Source: Balamuthia mandrillaris
Lineage: Eukaryota
Reading direction: 5' to 3'
DNA length: 64,000 nucleotides
NCBI GenBank assembly: GCA_031835245.2
Contig: JAVKOQ020000079.1
Location: 62,001-126,000, forward strand
Made by a program: the position numbers and the translations under genes. Under the pieces are notes generated by a model. That model saw only the letters and a list, made by a program, of their open reading frames with translations, did no database searches and was not told the origin of the DNA. Below are positions 21,736 through 33,885 of the stretch, one piece after another; position 1 is the stretch's first letter; each line of letters opens with the position of its first letter.

Positions 21736-24090
21736 ATTCTTTTTTCATTTTAGGTTGTAAGATCTGCGATAAAACAAATGAAAGTGAACAGTTGCTCATC
21801 TGTGATGAGTGTGATGAATGCTATCATACGTTTTGTCTCGATCCTCCATTAACAGCCATCCCAGAAGGTTATTTCTTACTTCTCTTCTCCCATTTTTTGA
21901 AACATGTTTTTATTGAACACACACAACTCGTTATAATCCTTGCAATACATGATAGGCGATTGGTATTGTCCCGAGTGCTATAACGACGGCAAACATGTTA
22001 AAAATGTTGGCAAGTTGACTAAAAGGAAACAAATGAAGCCAGCTGCTCATACTACCAAGAAGTGGGGCGGTGGTAAATCATGCGCCGCTCAAACAAAGAA
22101 GTGTACCATCGTTGATCAGCAGGTTCATTTTTGTCTTGTTTGTTTGTTTGTGGGCTCGAAAGTAATCTGCTGGTTATTCGTCTGCTGCAGCATTTCGGAC
22201 CGATTCCAGGAATACGAGTGGGTACCTGTTGGTCATCACGACAGGAATGCGGTGAGTCTGGCGTTCATCGTCCTCCTGTTGGAGGGATAGCCGGAAGACA
22301 AGACTTGGGCTCGCCAAGCATTGTGCTCTCTGGTGGGTATGAAGATGACATAGATGAGGGCATTCAGTTTGCTTATACTGGAAGGTATCTCTTTTTCTTG
22401 ATTCGTTATTCTTTCTTCTTTCCTCTTTCCTTTTGGCTTGTTAAACTTATTTGATGCGATTTTGTAAATTAAGTGGAGGAAGAGATCTTACAGGCAACAA
22501 ACGAACAGCTGAGCAAAGTTGTGACCAAAAGTTGGCTTCCTTCAACTTGGCTTTGGCTCGAAACTGTTTTGCCTTTTCGCATTCCTGTAAGAAGAAAAAT
22601 CCAGGGGGACATGCTTGCACTCAATGTCTTTCGAACTGGCGTAAAGGGCTTCCTGTACGTATGTTCAAAACAGACGATAAGAGAAAGAGGGCAAAGAAAA
22701 GGAAGGAGTCAAAGTGAAAGGGCAAAGAAGGGAAACAAAAGTAAGCCTTATTTTTTACGAAACTAACTCACCACAATAACTTAAATAGTTACGAGTGGTC
22801 CGAGGCTTTGAGAAGAAAAAACGAAGCAAACCATCGCCATACGCCCCCACCAAAGAACAAGGCTATCGCTATGACGGTATCTACAAAGTGATGGACTACT
22901 GGTTCGAGACCGGTCAGTCTGGATTTCAAGTCATTCGCTATTTCATGAAGAGGGATGACGAGGAGCCCTGCCCTTGGCTTGAAGATGAAGCAAACGCAAA
23001 GAAGAAAGAGAAAGAAGGAGCAGAAGCAGGAAAGGACGAAAGCGAGATTCCAGAGTGGTGGTGGAATGATTTGGAGGTGATAAGGGAATTGATAGCATTG
23101 GATGAGCACAACCGGAAGAAGTGGCAGGAGATATGCGAGGCGTTCTTTGGCCCTGACAAAAATAAGGTTTGTTATTTTGCTATTTTTGTCTTTTCATTCT
23201 CATTTCTTCTTTTGTTTTATTTTTTTTTTCTTCTTTCTAACCTGGCTACAAAAACCAAGGGACAATTTTTGGAGCAAGTCCAAAAGGAATTCGAGTGTGC
23301 CATATGCCAAGACGTGGTACGCAACCCAATGACGTCCACCTGCTGCAACAACAACTTTTGTGCCAGCTGCCTCAAGCGCGGAGAGACCAAAAGCAACAAG
23401 TCATCCATGTCTTGTCCCATGTGCAGGGCGCAACAAAAGCAACTCGTCTTGAATTCTGCTTTATGGGATGTTCTCGTTTTCCTCTTTCCTCATTTCCTTC
23501 AATCTTCATCCTCAACTCCTTCAAAACGAGGCAAAAAACAAGCGAAAGAACACAAGTTTCCAGAAGTAGTGGAAAGATGGAGGGTGGAGCAGGAGAAAAG
23601 GGAGGAAGAAAGATTGGAGCGTTTGAAGGAGGAGGATGAGGCATTTGTAAAGGAGGAGTACTTGCAACGAATTGCCAAATGGGATCGGTTGGTCAAGAAG
23701 AGGCAAGTGAAAAGCAGCGACAAAACAGAAGAAGAGGAAGAAGAGGAAGAAGAACCGGAAGGAACGAAGAAAAAGACAAACAATAAGAAGAAGGGGAAAG
23801 TTGGTTCTAGTTCGGGTACAACGACAAAGAAGAGAACTTCAGTTACGAGAAAGAAACAAAGCATCAAAGAAGAAGTAAAGGAAGAAGAAGAAGAGAATGA
23901 GGAAGACCGGTTGGAAGAAGACGAGGGATCCGGATTTTCAGATGATGAAGACTCTATGTTGCAAGAGAAGACGAACAAGAAACGAAAGCAAGCAACACGC
24001 AGGAAGACGACAATCTCCTCAACAACAACCACCACCAAAAGAAGAAGAAAAATGGATCCAACAAAAGAAGATGATATCATCGTGGATTAA
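20406..24090 (+). CDS. UHRF1: UHRF1-like protein: Ubl, PHD, SRA/YDG, RING (multi-exon)
   Basis: Ubl-like N-terminus; PHD CKIC...[99 protein letters not shown]...[10 protein letters not shown]...CPMCR. Confidence 0.9.
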
Positions 24091-24196
24091 CAAGAAGAGG
24101 AGTAACGAAAGAAAAAGAAACGAGAAGAAAAGCAAACGAGAAAGAAGAGAAGAACAACAACGAAATCAGTTTTGATAACCATACTTTTTTTGATTC

Positions 24197-25180
24197 TTAG
24201 AGAGGAAGAACTGTTTTGGCGGAAGAGGTGATGATGTTGTGACAAAACGGAATGTAGGAGGCGGCGTACCAGAACGCCGCCAGGAATTGGATCACCACAA
24301 ACACCATCGTTGCACCTGTCCGTTGCAGCTGGAATAAATAAATACAAAAAGATTAGAATACTTTTTTTAAAACAGAAAACGAAATATAGAAAAGAGAAAA
24401 GAAAAAAGAAACAAGAAACAAGAAACAAGAAACAAGAAAAAAGAAAAAAGAAAACGAAAAAAAAGAAAAACAAGAAAAGAAAGAGAGAAAGAGAAAGAAA
24501 GAGGTACACTGAGAGCAGCCCAAAGGGTGCCAGCGATGGCCAGAAAGTATATGATGGTGGCGGGCAGCCTGGACCGTTGCGTCATCGACCGTAACTGTTT
24601 CCATGGTCCCATCAAGAAGAATGTGCTGCACAAAATAAAAAGAGAAAAAAAAAAGAAAAAAAAGAAAAACAAAAAAAGAACAAAAATGTAAGAAAAGATT
24701 CAAAAACATTGCAAGTAACAAAAAAATAAAGAGATGTGAGAACCTTCCAAGCAGCATGAGAGAACCGAATGTGTAAAACTTGGCAAAACGTCGAGGACTA
24801 AGAATGAAGAAAGTGGACTGTACGTATTGTTTCGTCAGATGGTTGTTAACCATCAGATTTTAAAAAAAAACAGTTTAAAAAAAAAGAGGTAGAAAACCCC
24901 CAAAAAAACAATGGTCACTTACTACATAACAAAACAACACGCCCAAAAGAAGAAAAGTGATGAACGCCACCACCCGTTTGGAGTAAGACAAGGTGAGCTC
25001 CGATTGGAGGGTGGAGAGGAAGGATGGGGGTTCAGATGGCGGTGCAGTCCCACTGCCACCAAACAAGTTCTGTACAGAGTTCACGTTGGGAAGGTTGGTA
25101 GGGACGCTGCTTCGAAGGGTGTCCACCCCTCTCAGCACCCCCGTTCCAGCATGGAATGCAAAGGCAGAGACTCGTTCCAT
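24197..25180 (-). CDS. SFT2: SFT2/Got1 family vesicle transport protein (multi-exon)
   Basis: LSYSKRVVAF, PRRFAKFYTFGS, FLMGPWKQLRSM...RLPAT, QFLAAFWYAASYIPF. Confidence 0.9.
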
Positions 25181-25358
25181 TTCTTTCGTTCTTGCACCAA
25201 GAGGATTTTTGCGGATAATTTTTGTCGACTTCTGATTTTTTTGTAGACATGAAGTATGAAAAATGCCAGTTATGCGTATTCTTGTTTATCTCTCTGGTTC
25301 GGTTTGGAATTGGCCGTCGCATCCAGCGAAACAATAGCCACCTTCCAGACGTGAAGAA

Positions 25359-25430
25359 AGCAGAGTGGCGCAGTGGAAGCGTGGTGGGCCCATAACCCAC
25401 AGGTCGGAGGATCGAAACCTCTCTCTGCTA
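25359..25430 (+). tRNA. Initiator tRNA-Met(CAT)
   Basis: A1-U72 pair (AGCAGAG/CTCTGCT), GGG/CCC pairs in the anticodon stem, ATCGAAA T loop typical of eukaryotic initiator tRNA. Confidence 0.95.
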
Positions 25431-25642
25431 AGTACTCATTTTTTAGTCTGCCTGCTACATTCGTATTTCACCAGGACCTGGTCTGTTTAGCTGTCGACAA
25501 AATTTCAAGTGACGTGTTCAGCTAGTATGCAAAATATTTGAAAAATGGTTGAAATTTTTACTATTTAAAATATGATAAGATTTTGAATAATGTAAAACAT
25601 CTCAAGAATGCAAAGGGAAAGAAAAAAGAAGAGCAAAACGTG

Positions 25643-26418
25643 ATGTGGCGGTTCTCATTCTTCCTTCTTCTTCTTCTCTGTCTCTGCTGCTGGGTTTCTC
25701 TGTCATCTTCTTCTTCTTTTTCTTCCTCCTACGCTTCTTCCTCCTCCTCGTCACCACCCAACCCCTTGGTTCTTCGCCAACGCATCGCCGAGCTCTACAA
25801 GGTCCTTCAGGCCGAGCAAGCCCGCTCCACCCAATCCTTTCGCACCTTCCCCCTGCGCTGGGCTCAACAAAAAGGGCTCTACCACTCCTACATACACTTC
25901 AACTTTGTGCCGCCCGCCAACGCCTCCTTCGAGGAGGAGGCCGCCTACACCCTCCTCCGCCGCTACTTTGCCATCCCTGACTCCAACATGTTTGTCACCG
26001 CCTTTGTGCTGAGCTCCCTGCTGGAAGCCCATCAGTTGGGCTATCTTCTGCCCTCCTCCTCCTCCTCCTCTTCTTCTCGGCAAGAAGAGGAAGAGGAGTT
26101 GGAGAGGAGCGTAAGGGAAGGTCTGGAAGCCATTTTTACGTTTAGGGACAAGAATCAGCTCATGGGAGGGGAAGGAGAGGAGGTCCCCAAGTACATATTT
26201 TGGCCGCAAGAGCTGGAGCATGGCAGGTGGACCGCTGCCCCTGTCAACCTTGTCGTCCCCATTGAGGAATTTGGTTCGATTTTCTCTCTTCTATATCTTC
26301 CGTTCTCTGTCTCTCTGTCTCTCTCTTTCTGTCTCTCTCTCTGTCTCTCTGTCTCTCAGTCTCAGTCTCAGTCTCTCTCTCTCTCTCAGTCTCTCAGTCT
26401 CTCTTTCTCTCCCTCTTT

Positions 26419-26467
<49 letters not shown>

Positions 26468-28520
26468 CGTTTTGCTCTCTTCCTATGTTCTTATGTTACA
26501 TTTATTCTCCATCTTCATTTTCCTTCTCTGTTTACTCTTCGCTGGCAACTTCTCCTTTCTCCAGTCTTCATGTTCGTTCTCATTGTTTATTCGTTTCAAA
26601 ATAAAATACAGACACCATAGCCAACTTTGCCATCGCGATACTGGACGACCTTGGTCTGCAGTCATTAGCTCAATACTTGGAAAACGAGGAGGACAGTCTC
26701 AACTCCATGGCTGCTGCATTTCACATTCCCTCTGACCTGGATGATTCCTCGGTGAATCTTGCTTTGGGGGGCATCTTGGCGCGAAACAAAGACTCGTTTC
26801 CTTTGCTCAGTGATGCTTGGGAAAAGAGAAATGGAAACATAACTTCTCTGTTTGAATTGGAATTGAAGGTATGCTTCGCTGTGGTCTTCTGCCTTTTCTT
26901 CTTCTTGTTGTTCTTCTTTTCTTCTTCTTCTACTGCCATTATAACTGTCTCATCATTTGCCACATTATACAGTATGCCTACAAACCATTCCAAGCAGCCA
27001 TTCAAGATGGCACCAACTTACTCGACACGCGTTCCTACTACTTTCTTTCTTCCTTTCTCTACAACAACACCAAAAACTCCAAGCACAACAGTCACAACCT
27101 CAATGACCTTCTTTTGGGCCAAACTTGGTTGCTCGACTTGACAGAAAATCGCAAGCTCTTTCCTGAGGTAGCCATGCCATTCAACACCAACAACTTGGAC
27201 CTCTCTGTGCTCTCCAACTTTCTGTATGGCGTGTCTCACGCGGTGCTTTACTCTCTCAACAATGGAGAGGCGGCCGCTTACTTTCGACGAATGTCTACTT
27301 CTGCTTTCGGACGGCTATTCTTTGACTCTGCCTCTGTTGTGAGTTGGGCCGTTGAAAGCGGAGCTGCTGCGAGACGACCGGATATAGCATTGTTGTACTA
27401 TCCTTCTATTTATGACTTTGTGTGGATGACTGCTAGAACGGCTCGTCTTCTTTCTTCGATGACCCCTTTGCAAGTTCAAGGTTTGTTATTCTTTTTACTT
27501 TTGTTCGTTTTGTGTTGACTTTGGATTTGTTGTTTGTTTGGAAAAAATAGAATATCCGTTGTTAGCAAAAGTTGGCAAAATGTTAAAAGGTGCTCTGCAA
27601 ACCGCATGTCCCGCTTTATTAGTTGCTGGAGCTAAGCACGATATTGATGGGGGTGCTTTCTGGTATGTTAGTTTCGTTACATATGTCATCTTGTTGCTCT
27701 TTCTTTATTATTTCGTTGTTTCTATCTTCATACCACATTTTTGTCGTTGCTTTGTTGTAATTATAATTCTTCGTTCATGAAAATTCTTCGTTTCTTAGTT
27801 TCATCACTCATCTGTTCGTTCGTTCTTACACTCATTTGCCTTTTATCACAGGGATGACTTTTTGGGAGACTATGGCGGCGTGTTAAGAGGAGAGGATCGT
27901 CTCTTCTCCTCGGCATTAGCTCTCAACGCCCTAATGGACAGCTACTCCACTTTTGCTCCTGACAACAACGACTGTCACTGTTGGGACAAAGGTATTCCAC
28001 CTTCTATTCTTCAAACGGTTGAAGAAGGAGTGAACTATCTCCAAAGAGAAGTGCTAGCCGGACGATATCCGCCTTCCAATGCCTTCTTCTCCGGCTCAAT
28101 GAAGCAAGAGAGCTCTAACCCGTTTGCCTATCCTGGAACGTATTGCGCCTTTCTGAACGGAACGAAATGGGATCCACAGAGTGGAGAATTTCCGGAAGAT
28201 GGAGCACGACTCGTTTTTGCTATGAAGGTACGCAAAAAAGAGGAGAAAAAGAAAGATGAAAACAAAAGATGGGACAAAGAAACCAAGACACTAACATCAT
28301 TTAATTGTGGAAATAGGGCATTGTAAGCGAGGAAGAGTATGCAAAGCTCTTACAACAAAAGTGGTTTGGGTCGAGCGTCCCAAAGGGATTCTCTGGCTTC
28401 AACAGCGATGGAGGAGGCTGGCCCTACTGGAGCTCTCCAGCGATGACCTACTCTCTCTCCATCCTTGCCTTTTCCAACTATCTTTCTCTGTCCGCGGATG
28501 CTCAAACCTGTTGTCGTTAA
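25643..28520 (+). CDS. Uncharacterised secreted protein (multi-exon)
   Basis: Signal peptide MWRFSFFLLLLLCLCCWVS; high-complexity exons (PDSNMFVTAFV, FHIPSDLDDS, MPFNTNNLD, LLYYPSIYDF, EDRLFSSALALNAL). Confidence 0.75.
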
Positions 28521-28686
28521 ACCTAAACGATAACTTAAAAAAAAGGTAAACCAAAAAAAAAAAAGGTGTTGATTTCACGTCGTTGTGACATTGTTTTTGC
28601 CGACGGATTTAAGATGACCCCTCATTTAAGATGATCATCTTCGTGGGTGACATCATCCGATCACAAAAAAGAGGAGAAAAAGAAAG

Positions 28687-29338
28687 ATGGAGATGCCAAA
28701 CAACACAAACCCACTCGATGAGGGCGAGAAAGAGAGCATAGAAGAGTTTCTGGCTTCGATGGATCAAGTCGTGCCCACGGTGCGTGTTCCCTCTTCCTGT
28801 TAATGGTTCCTTCACATGTCAGACAGTTAGTTGCTCATTTGAGTGATTCAAACAAATGATTGTGCAGATTCCAGATGAGCTTCTCACCTATTATTTAAAC
28901 AAAACCGGATTTGTGTGCCCAGATATACGGGTGTTCGTGCTTTGCCATCTATTTGCGGTTTGAGTGGAGGTCATAACCTCATTCTTTCTTTCTCCTCAAC
29001 AGGAAGCGCATGATAGCACTCGCCACCCAAAAGTTTGTCTCTGATATCGCGAATGATGCACTCCAGTACTGCAAGCTGCGGCAACAAAGTCCTGCATACA
29101 GAGCAAAGGGCTCAGGAAAGGTTTTCTGTCTCTCTCGCCTTCTCTCTTTCTTTCTCTTCTCTTACTCTCCACACATATTCTATTTTACTAGGGACAAAGA
29201 ACGGTGTTAACGCTGGAGGACCTCACTCGTTCCCTCCATGAGTACGGCATTGATGTTAAAAAACCGGAATACTATGTAGACAGCTCATCCTCCTCCAAGG
29301 ACTCCTCCGTCAGCAGCAGCAAAGACCGAAAGAAATAA
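28687..29338 (+). CDS. TAF10: TFIID subunit TAF10 (4 exons)
   Basis: PT|IPDELLTYYL..TGF...D.R, IALATQKFVSDIANDALQYC, VLTLEDL...L.EYGIDVKKPEYY. Confidence 0.95.
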
Positions 29339-29579
29339 GAAGAAACCAACAACAAAACTCTTGAGAGAGAGATTCTTTTTGCCTGTTGACATTCTTCACA
29401 TTCCAATGAGTGAGGAAGAACAAGAATGAATGCAAAGAATAAAGAAAATGGGTACAATGTAAAGAATGGTTGCGATTCAAAGCATGCCAAGAACGAAGAA
29501 CATGCAAAAAATGTTAAGAATGATGGCCATGCAAAGCATGTCAAAAATGTAGAAAATGCAAAGAATTTGATAGAAGAAA

Positions 29580-31027
29580 ATGAAAAGAAAGAAAACGAAG
29601 AACAACCAAGAGGAGGAAGCACAACAGGACGAGGACCTGTTGAAAGCGACCCCGCGGCTGGTTTTGAAGGGCCACAGGCACTGGGTCCATCATTGCACCT
29701 TCTCGGGAGATGGCGGACGAGTGGTTTCTGGCGGCTGGGACAAAGAGCTTCGCGTGTGGGACGCCGAGCGGGGCGCCGCCCTTTTGAGTCTAAAAGGGCA
29801 CACCGCTCGTATTTGTTGCTGCTCCTTTTTTCCTGACAGTCCCGATGGAGGGTACCCTATTTTTTGCTTTTTCTCTTTCGTTAAATCACAAGGAACACTA
29901 AAGCAAAAAAAAAAAAAAAAAAAAAAAAAACACACCACAGGATGGTGATGTCCTGTTCGAAAGATAGAAGCTTGCGGCTGTGGGATACGCGAATGGATGA
30001 TCCTCTCATATGCGTTATTAAGAACCCTTCGAATCGTTCTGTAAGTTCTTCTATCTTTGCTGCTTTGCTGCTTTGCTTCTTTCTCCTCTGCTGTTACTTC
30101 TTTCTCTTCTTCATAGAACGTCTTTCTCTAACACTCACAAAAAGATAGAAAGTTGCGACATGGCACGAGATGGTAGAAAGATAGTATTCGGTGGAGAGGA
30201 CGCAGCGCTTCGCCTTTGGGACATTCGTCAAACACAGCAACAGGAACACGAGTGGAAAGGTCACACCGCATGCGTCAATGCTTGTCGCTTTTCTCCTTCT
30301 TCATCGTCGGCCTCTTCCTCGTCGCTGTTGGTTGCTTCTGCTTCCAGTGATTCAACTGTGCGCTTATGGACGATCAACGAAAGAGAGGAGGCAGGACAAG
30401 AAGGAACAAAAGGAGAGGAGATGATAAAAGTGGTAAAACACGGAGGAGGAGTTAGAGCGTGCGAATTTGCAGAAGATGGTCAAAGGATAGTTTCCGGAGG
30501 TTATGACAGACAGGCACGCATTTGGTCATTTTCTACAAAAACATCGACAACGAAACAACACGAAGAAGAAGAAAAAGAAAAAGAAAAGGAAGAAGAACGA
30601 AAAGAATCGAAAAAGAGATGCCGAGAAGAAGAAGAAGAGAACGAAGCAAAAGAAGAGATTCTATTTAAAGCAAGTCACGATGGATGGATATTTTCCTGTT
30701 GTTTCTCTCCAGGAGAGGAACCAAGCTATTTGGCCGTTGGCGTTGGCAATCCTGACTATAACGTTCACATTTGGGACACGTTTACTCGTGCGTAATTTTT
30801 CTTTTCTCTTTCCTTGTGTCTTCTTTTTCTTTTCTTCTGTGCTTTCTTCGTTGACATTCGCTTTACAAACAGAACAAAAAGTACTTCGGTTGAAGGGCAA
30901 CAAGGATCACGTTTCTTCTTGTGCATGGAGCAACAGCTGTGGTGGTTATCCAGGACGCTTTTTAGCATTGTTAACCAGCGGAGAGGACCATTGCCTTCGT
31001 CTTTGGGACCTATCCTCTCTGTTGTAA
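29580..31027 (+). CDS. WD40 repeat protein (multi-exon)
   Basis: Repeated GH...WD units (LKGHRHWV...LRVWD, KGHTACVNAC...VRLWT, SGEDHCLRLWD). Confidence 0.88.
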
Positions 31028-31065
31028 CAGCAATCAATTAACATTAATAATACCAAAAGAAGAAA

Positions 31066-31943
31066 ATGGAGAAAGAACGTAGTCCCAAGAGTGCATTCGA
31101 CTTCATGGACTATTGGAACCCGTCATGGCCTCGACGAACTTTATCCCGGTCCGCCTTTGCCCAAAGCTACGTTCACCGACTCTAACTGGAACATCAAAGC
31201 AAACCTATGTTTTCGGCCATTCGTTACGAAGGAGGTTTTGCCTGTACAGAAGAGAATCGCTTAAAGCAAAACTGAAAACTACAATCGCTACAGTACGTTT
31301 GAGGAAACTTGGAACCCAACAGCAGCTTGTTGAAGAGCTTTTGCAGCTGTTTGGGTTGAGGTTCGTGCCGCAGCACCTCGCAAAGTTTCGATGGGAGCTA
31401 CGCACGTTGGATCTATGCCGAGGGCATCCCTCCTTTCCACAACGACCTGGAATACTTTCTACAGCACCACCGGAACGAAGAAATAGAAGAGAATTGCTGG
31501 GAAGAGCAAATGAAACAGTTGTTTTGGAAGATTGCTTGTGCTGTTGGATGAAGCACAGTAGGAGCCAAGCCTTTGTGATGAAGAAAGTCCTGTTTCAGCC
31601 TATTGAAGCCTATGAGGGAAAGAGAAGCTTGGACCTGAAAGATGTGAACATGTACCACCTGGGTGCGGTTCGCTACAACATGTTGACCCTTGAGGCTCCC
31701 TTTCAGTCGCTTTCACCCTTGGCCCTCATGACAAACCTTTGTGAGGTCAGGTTTGACAAAGAGAGACGTCATTACGCCCGGCTCTCCTCCGCCGCCAAAC
31801 AGATCGTAGAGGGACAGGTTCTCCTAGACCCAACGAAAAGATGGCCCATGACCCAACTGCTGCGGCATGCATGGTTTGGCGGAAGGAACAAAGAGAAGAG
31901 GGAGGCAGAAGCGGATCGCCTGTTTGAGCTTCTCAGGAAGTGA
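31066..31943 (+). pseudogene. Degenerate protein kinase sequence
   Basis: Subdomain IX-XI-like YHLGAVRYNMLTLEAPF and LSSAAKQIV...LDPTKRWPMTQLLRHAWF, but no intact HRD or DFG; the upstream ATG frame at 31066 stops early. Confidence 0.6.
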
Positions 31944-32061
31944 AGCTCAGAAAAGCAGAGGAGAAGTGGCTGGCAACCCGGAAGCGTTGCGAAAACATAC
32001 AAGAATAAACTCTCCTTTTGTACAAAAAATATGTTGTTGTTTCTATATCGTCTCTCTCCTG

Positions 32062-32697
32062 TTAAAGCGCTTTCTTCAATGCATCGCTTGCACCTCCCCC
32101 TACAAGCCCTCCCAAGCTGGTGAGCTCTCCAGGGATGATGATGGTCTTGTTCTGGTCCCCAGCCATCTCAGCCAACGTCTGGAACCACCGCAGCTGCAGG
32201 GAGATGGGATTCTCGGCCATGATCTCAGCCGCCTCGTAGAGAGTGTCGGCCGCCTGCCTCTCGGCCTTGGCGGTGATGATCTTGGCGGAGCCCTCCCGGG
32301 TGGCCTCTGCCACGGCCGCCATGACCCGTTGCATGCTTGGGGGGATCTCCAGGTCCTTTATCTCCACGTCCGAGACCTCGATGCCCCACTCGTCCGTCTC
32401 CTCGTCGATGCAGCTGCGAAGGGACTCGGCGATCTTGGCGCGGTTGTTGAAGAGCTCATCGAGGGTGTTCTCCCCGATGGCGGTGCGGAGGCTGCTCTGG
32501 GCAAAGTTCATGGTGGCGTAGGAGTAGTTGTTCACGTTGAAGAGGGCCTTGCGGATGTCGGCTATGCGGTAGTAGACCACGGCGTTCACATCCACTGTCA
32601 CCTGATGATTGGCAAGAGAAAGCAGAGAGAGAGAGAGAGAGAGAGAGAATAAAGGATAAGCAAATAAGAACAGAGAAGAAAGGAATATAGAGGAGAG

Positions 32698-32746
<49 letters not shown>

Positions 32747-32834
32747 ACAAACAATACAAACAAGACCCTCTCTCTCTCTCTCTCTCCCGTAAACAGGGTT
32801 TACAGTGGTGGACTATGCCACATTTGGAGGAGAC

Positions 32835-32882
<48 letters not shown>

Positions 32883-33392
32883 CAGACAACGAGGGTACAT
32901 AGAAGCAAAAATAAACGGAACGAGAACGAGGACGAGAAAACGAAGAAGAACAACGAAGAAGAAGGGAGAGAATGGGGGGAAAGAGCAGGAGAAAAGCAAA
33001 AAATAAATGAAGGCACGAACGTTGTCTTTGGTCATCATGACCTGCCGGCTCAAGTCCATTGTCCTAACCTGGACGCTCTCCACGAGGTACTCCTCCACGC
33101 CCACGTTGTAATGATACGTGCCCGGCCCCACGATGCGACTGAACTTGCCGTAGCGGAGGACCACCGCGCGAGAGCCCTCCGGCACCACCTTGAGGGGACC
33201 CGCGCCCAGGAGGCCGCAGGGGCAGCAGATGACGGTGCAGCAGATGCCTTGGACCAGCTGCATGCTCTTGAAGATGTTGGAGCAGAGGTCGTTGTCCGAG
33301 TCCTCCTGGTAGTCCTCGTACTTTGTGGCCGCCGCTCCTCCGCCCGCTTTCTTCGTCATGGATTTGTGAGGCACTTTGACGCCAGAGCTCAT
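32062..33392 (-). CDS. Stomatin/SPFH (band 7) protein, paralog A
   Basis: VPEGSRAVVLRYGK, MMTKDNV, VNAVVYYRI, AQSSLRTAIG, WGIEVSDVEIKDL, AEATREG.AKII.A, LQLRWFQTL. Confidence 0.95.
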
Positions 33393-33885
33393 TTTCTTTG
33401 ATCTGTGTTTTATATTTTTTATTTTTATTTCTTTGGGGGGGGGGGAGGTCTTGCAAGAAAACAACAAAGTTCAAGTGAAGGTTCTTTTAAAAGAAGAAGC
33501 CAAAGGAAGATCAGGAAAGGGTGCCGTGCGGGAGAAAGCGAAAGGAACAAGAAGAAGCATAGCACTCTTCTTTAGCGAAAGGTTTGACCGTTACATCTCC
33601 AAAGGAATAGTCGATATCGGGTCAAATATTTCGCAAATATTCCATGAAAAAGCTGATGTGGCGCCATCGCATTGGTCCCTGGAAAACTCTATTGCCAATA
33701 AAATTCCTATAATTATTGTAATATAGGAAAAAAAAAAAGACCTTGTCTTGCTTCTTCTTTCTTCTTTTTAACTCTTTTTTTTTTTTGCCAAAGCTTGCGT
33801 CTGCCTCTTCTTTCGTCGTCACACAAAAGCAGAGCGAACAACCAAACTTAAACAAAAAAAAAAAACAAACAAACAAACAGTAATA

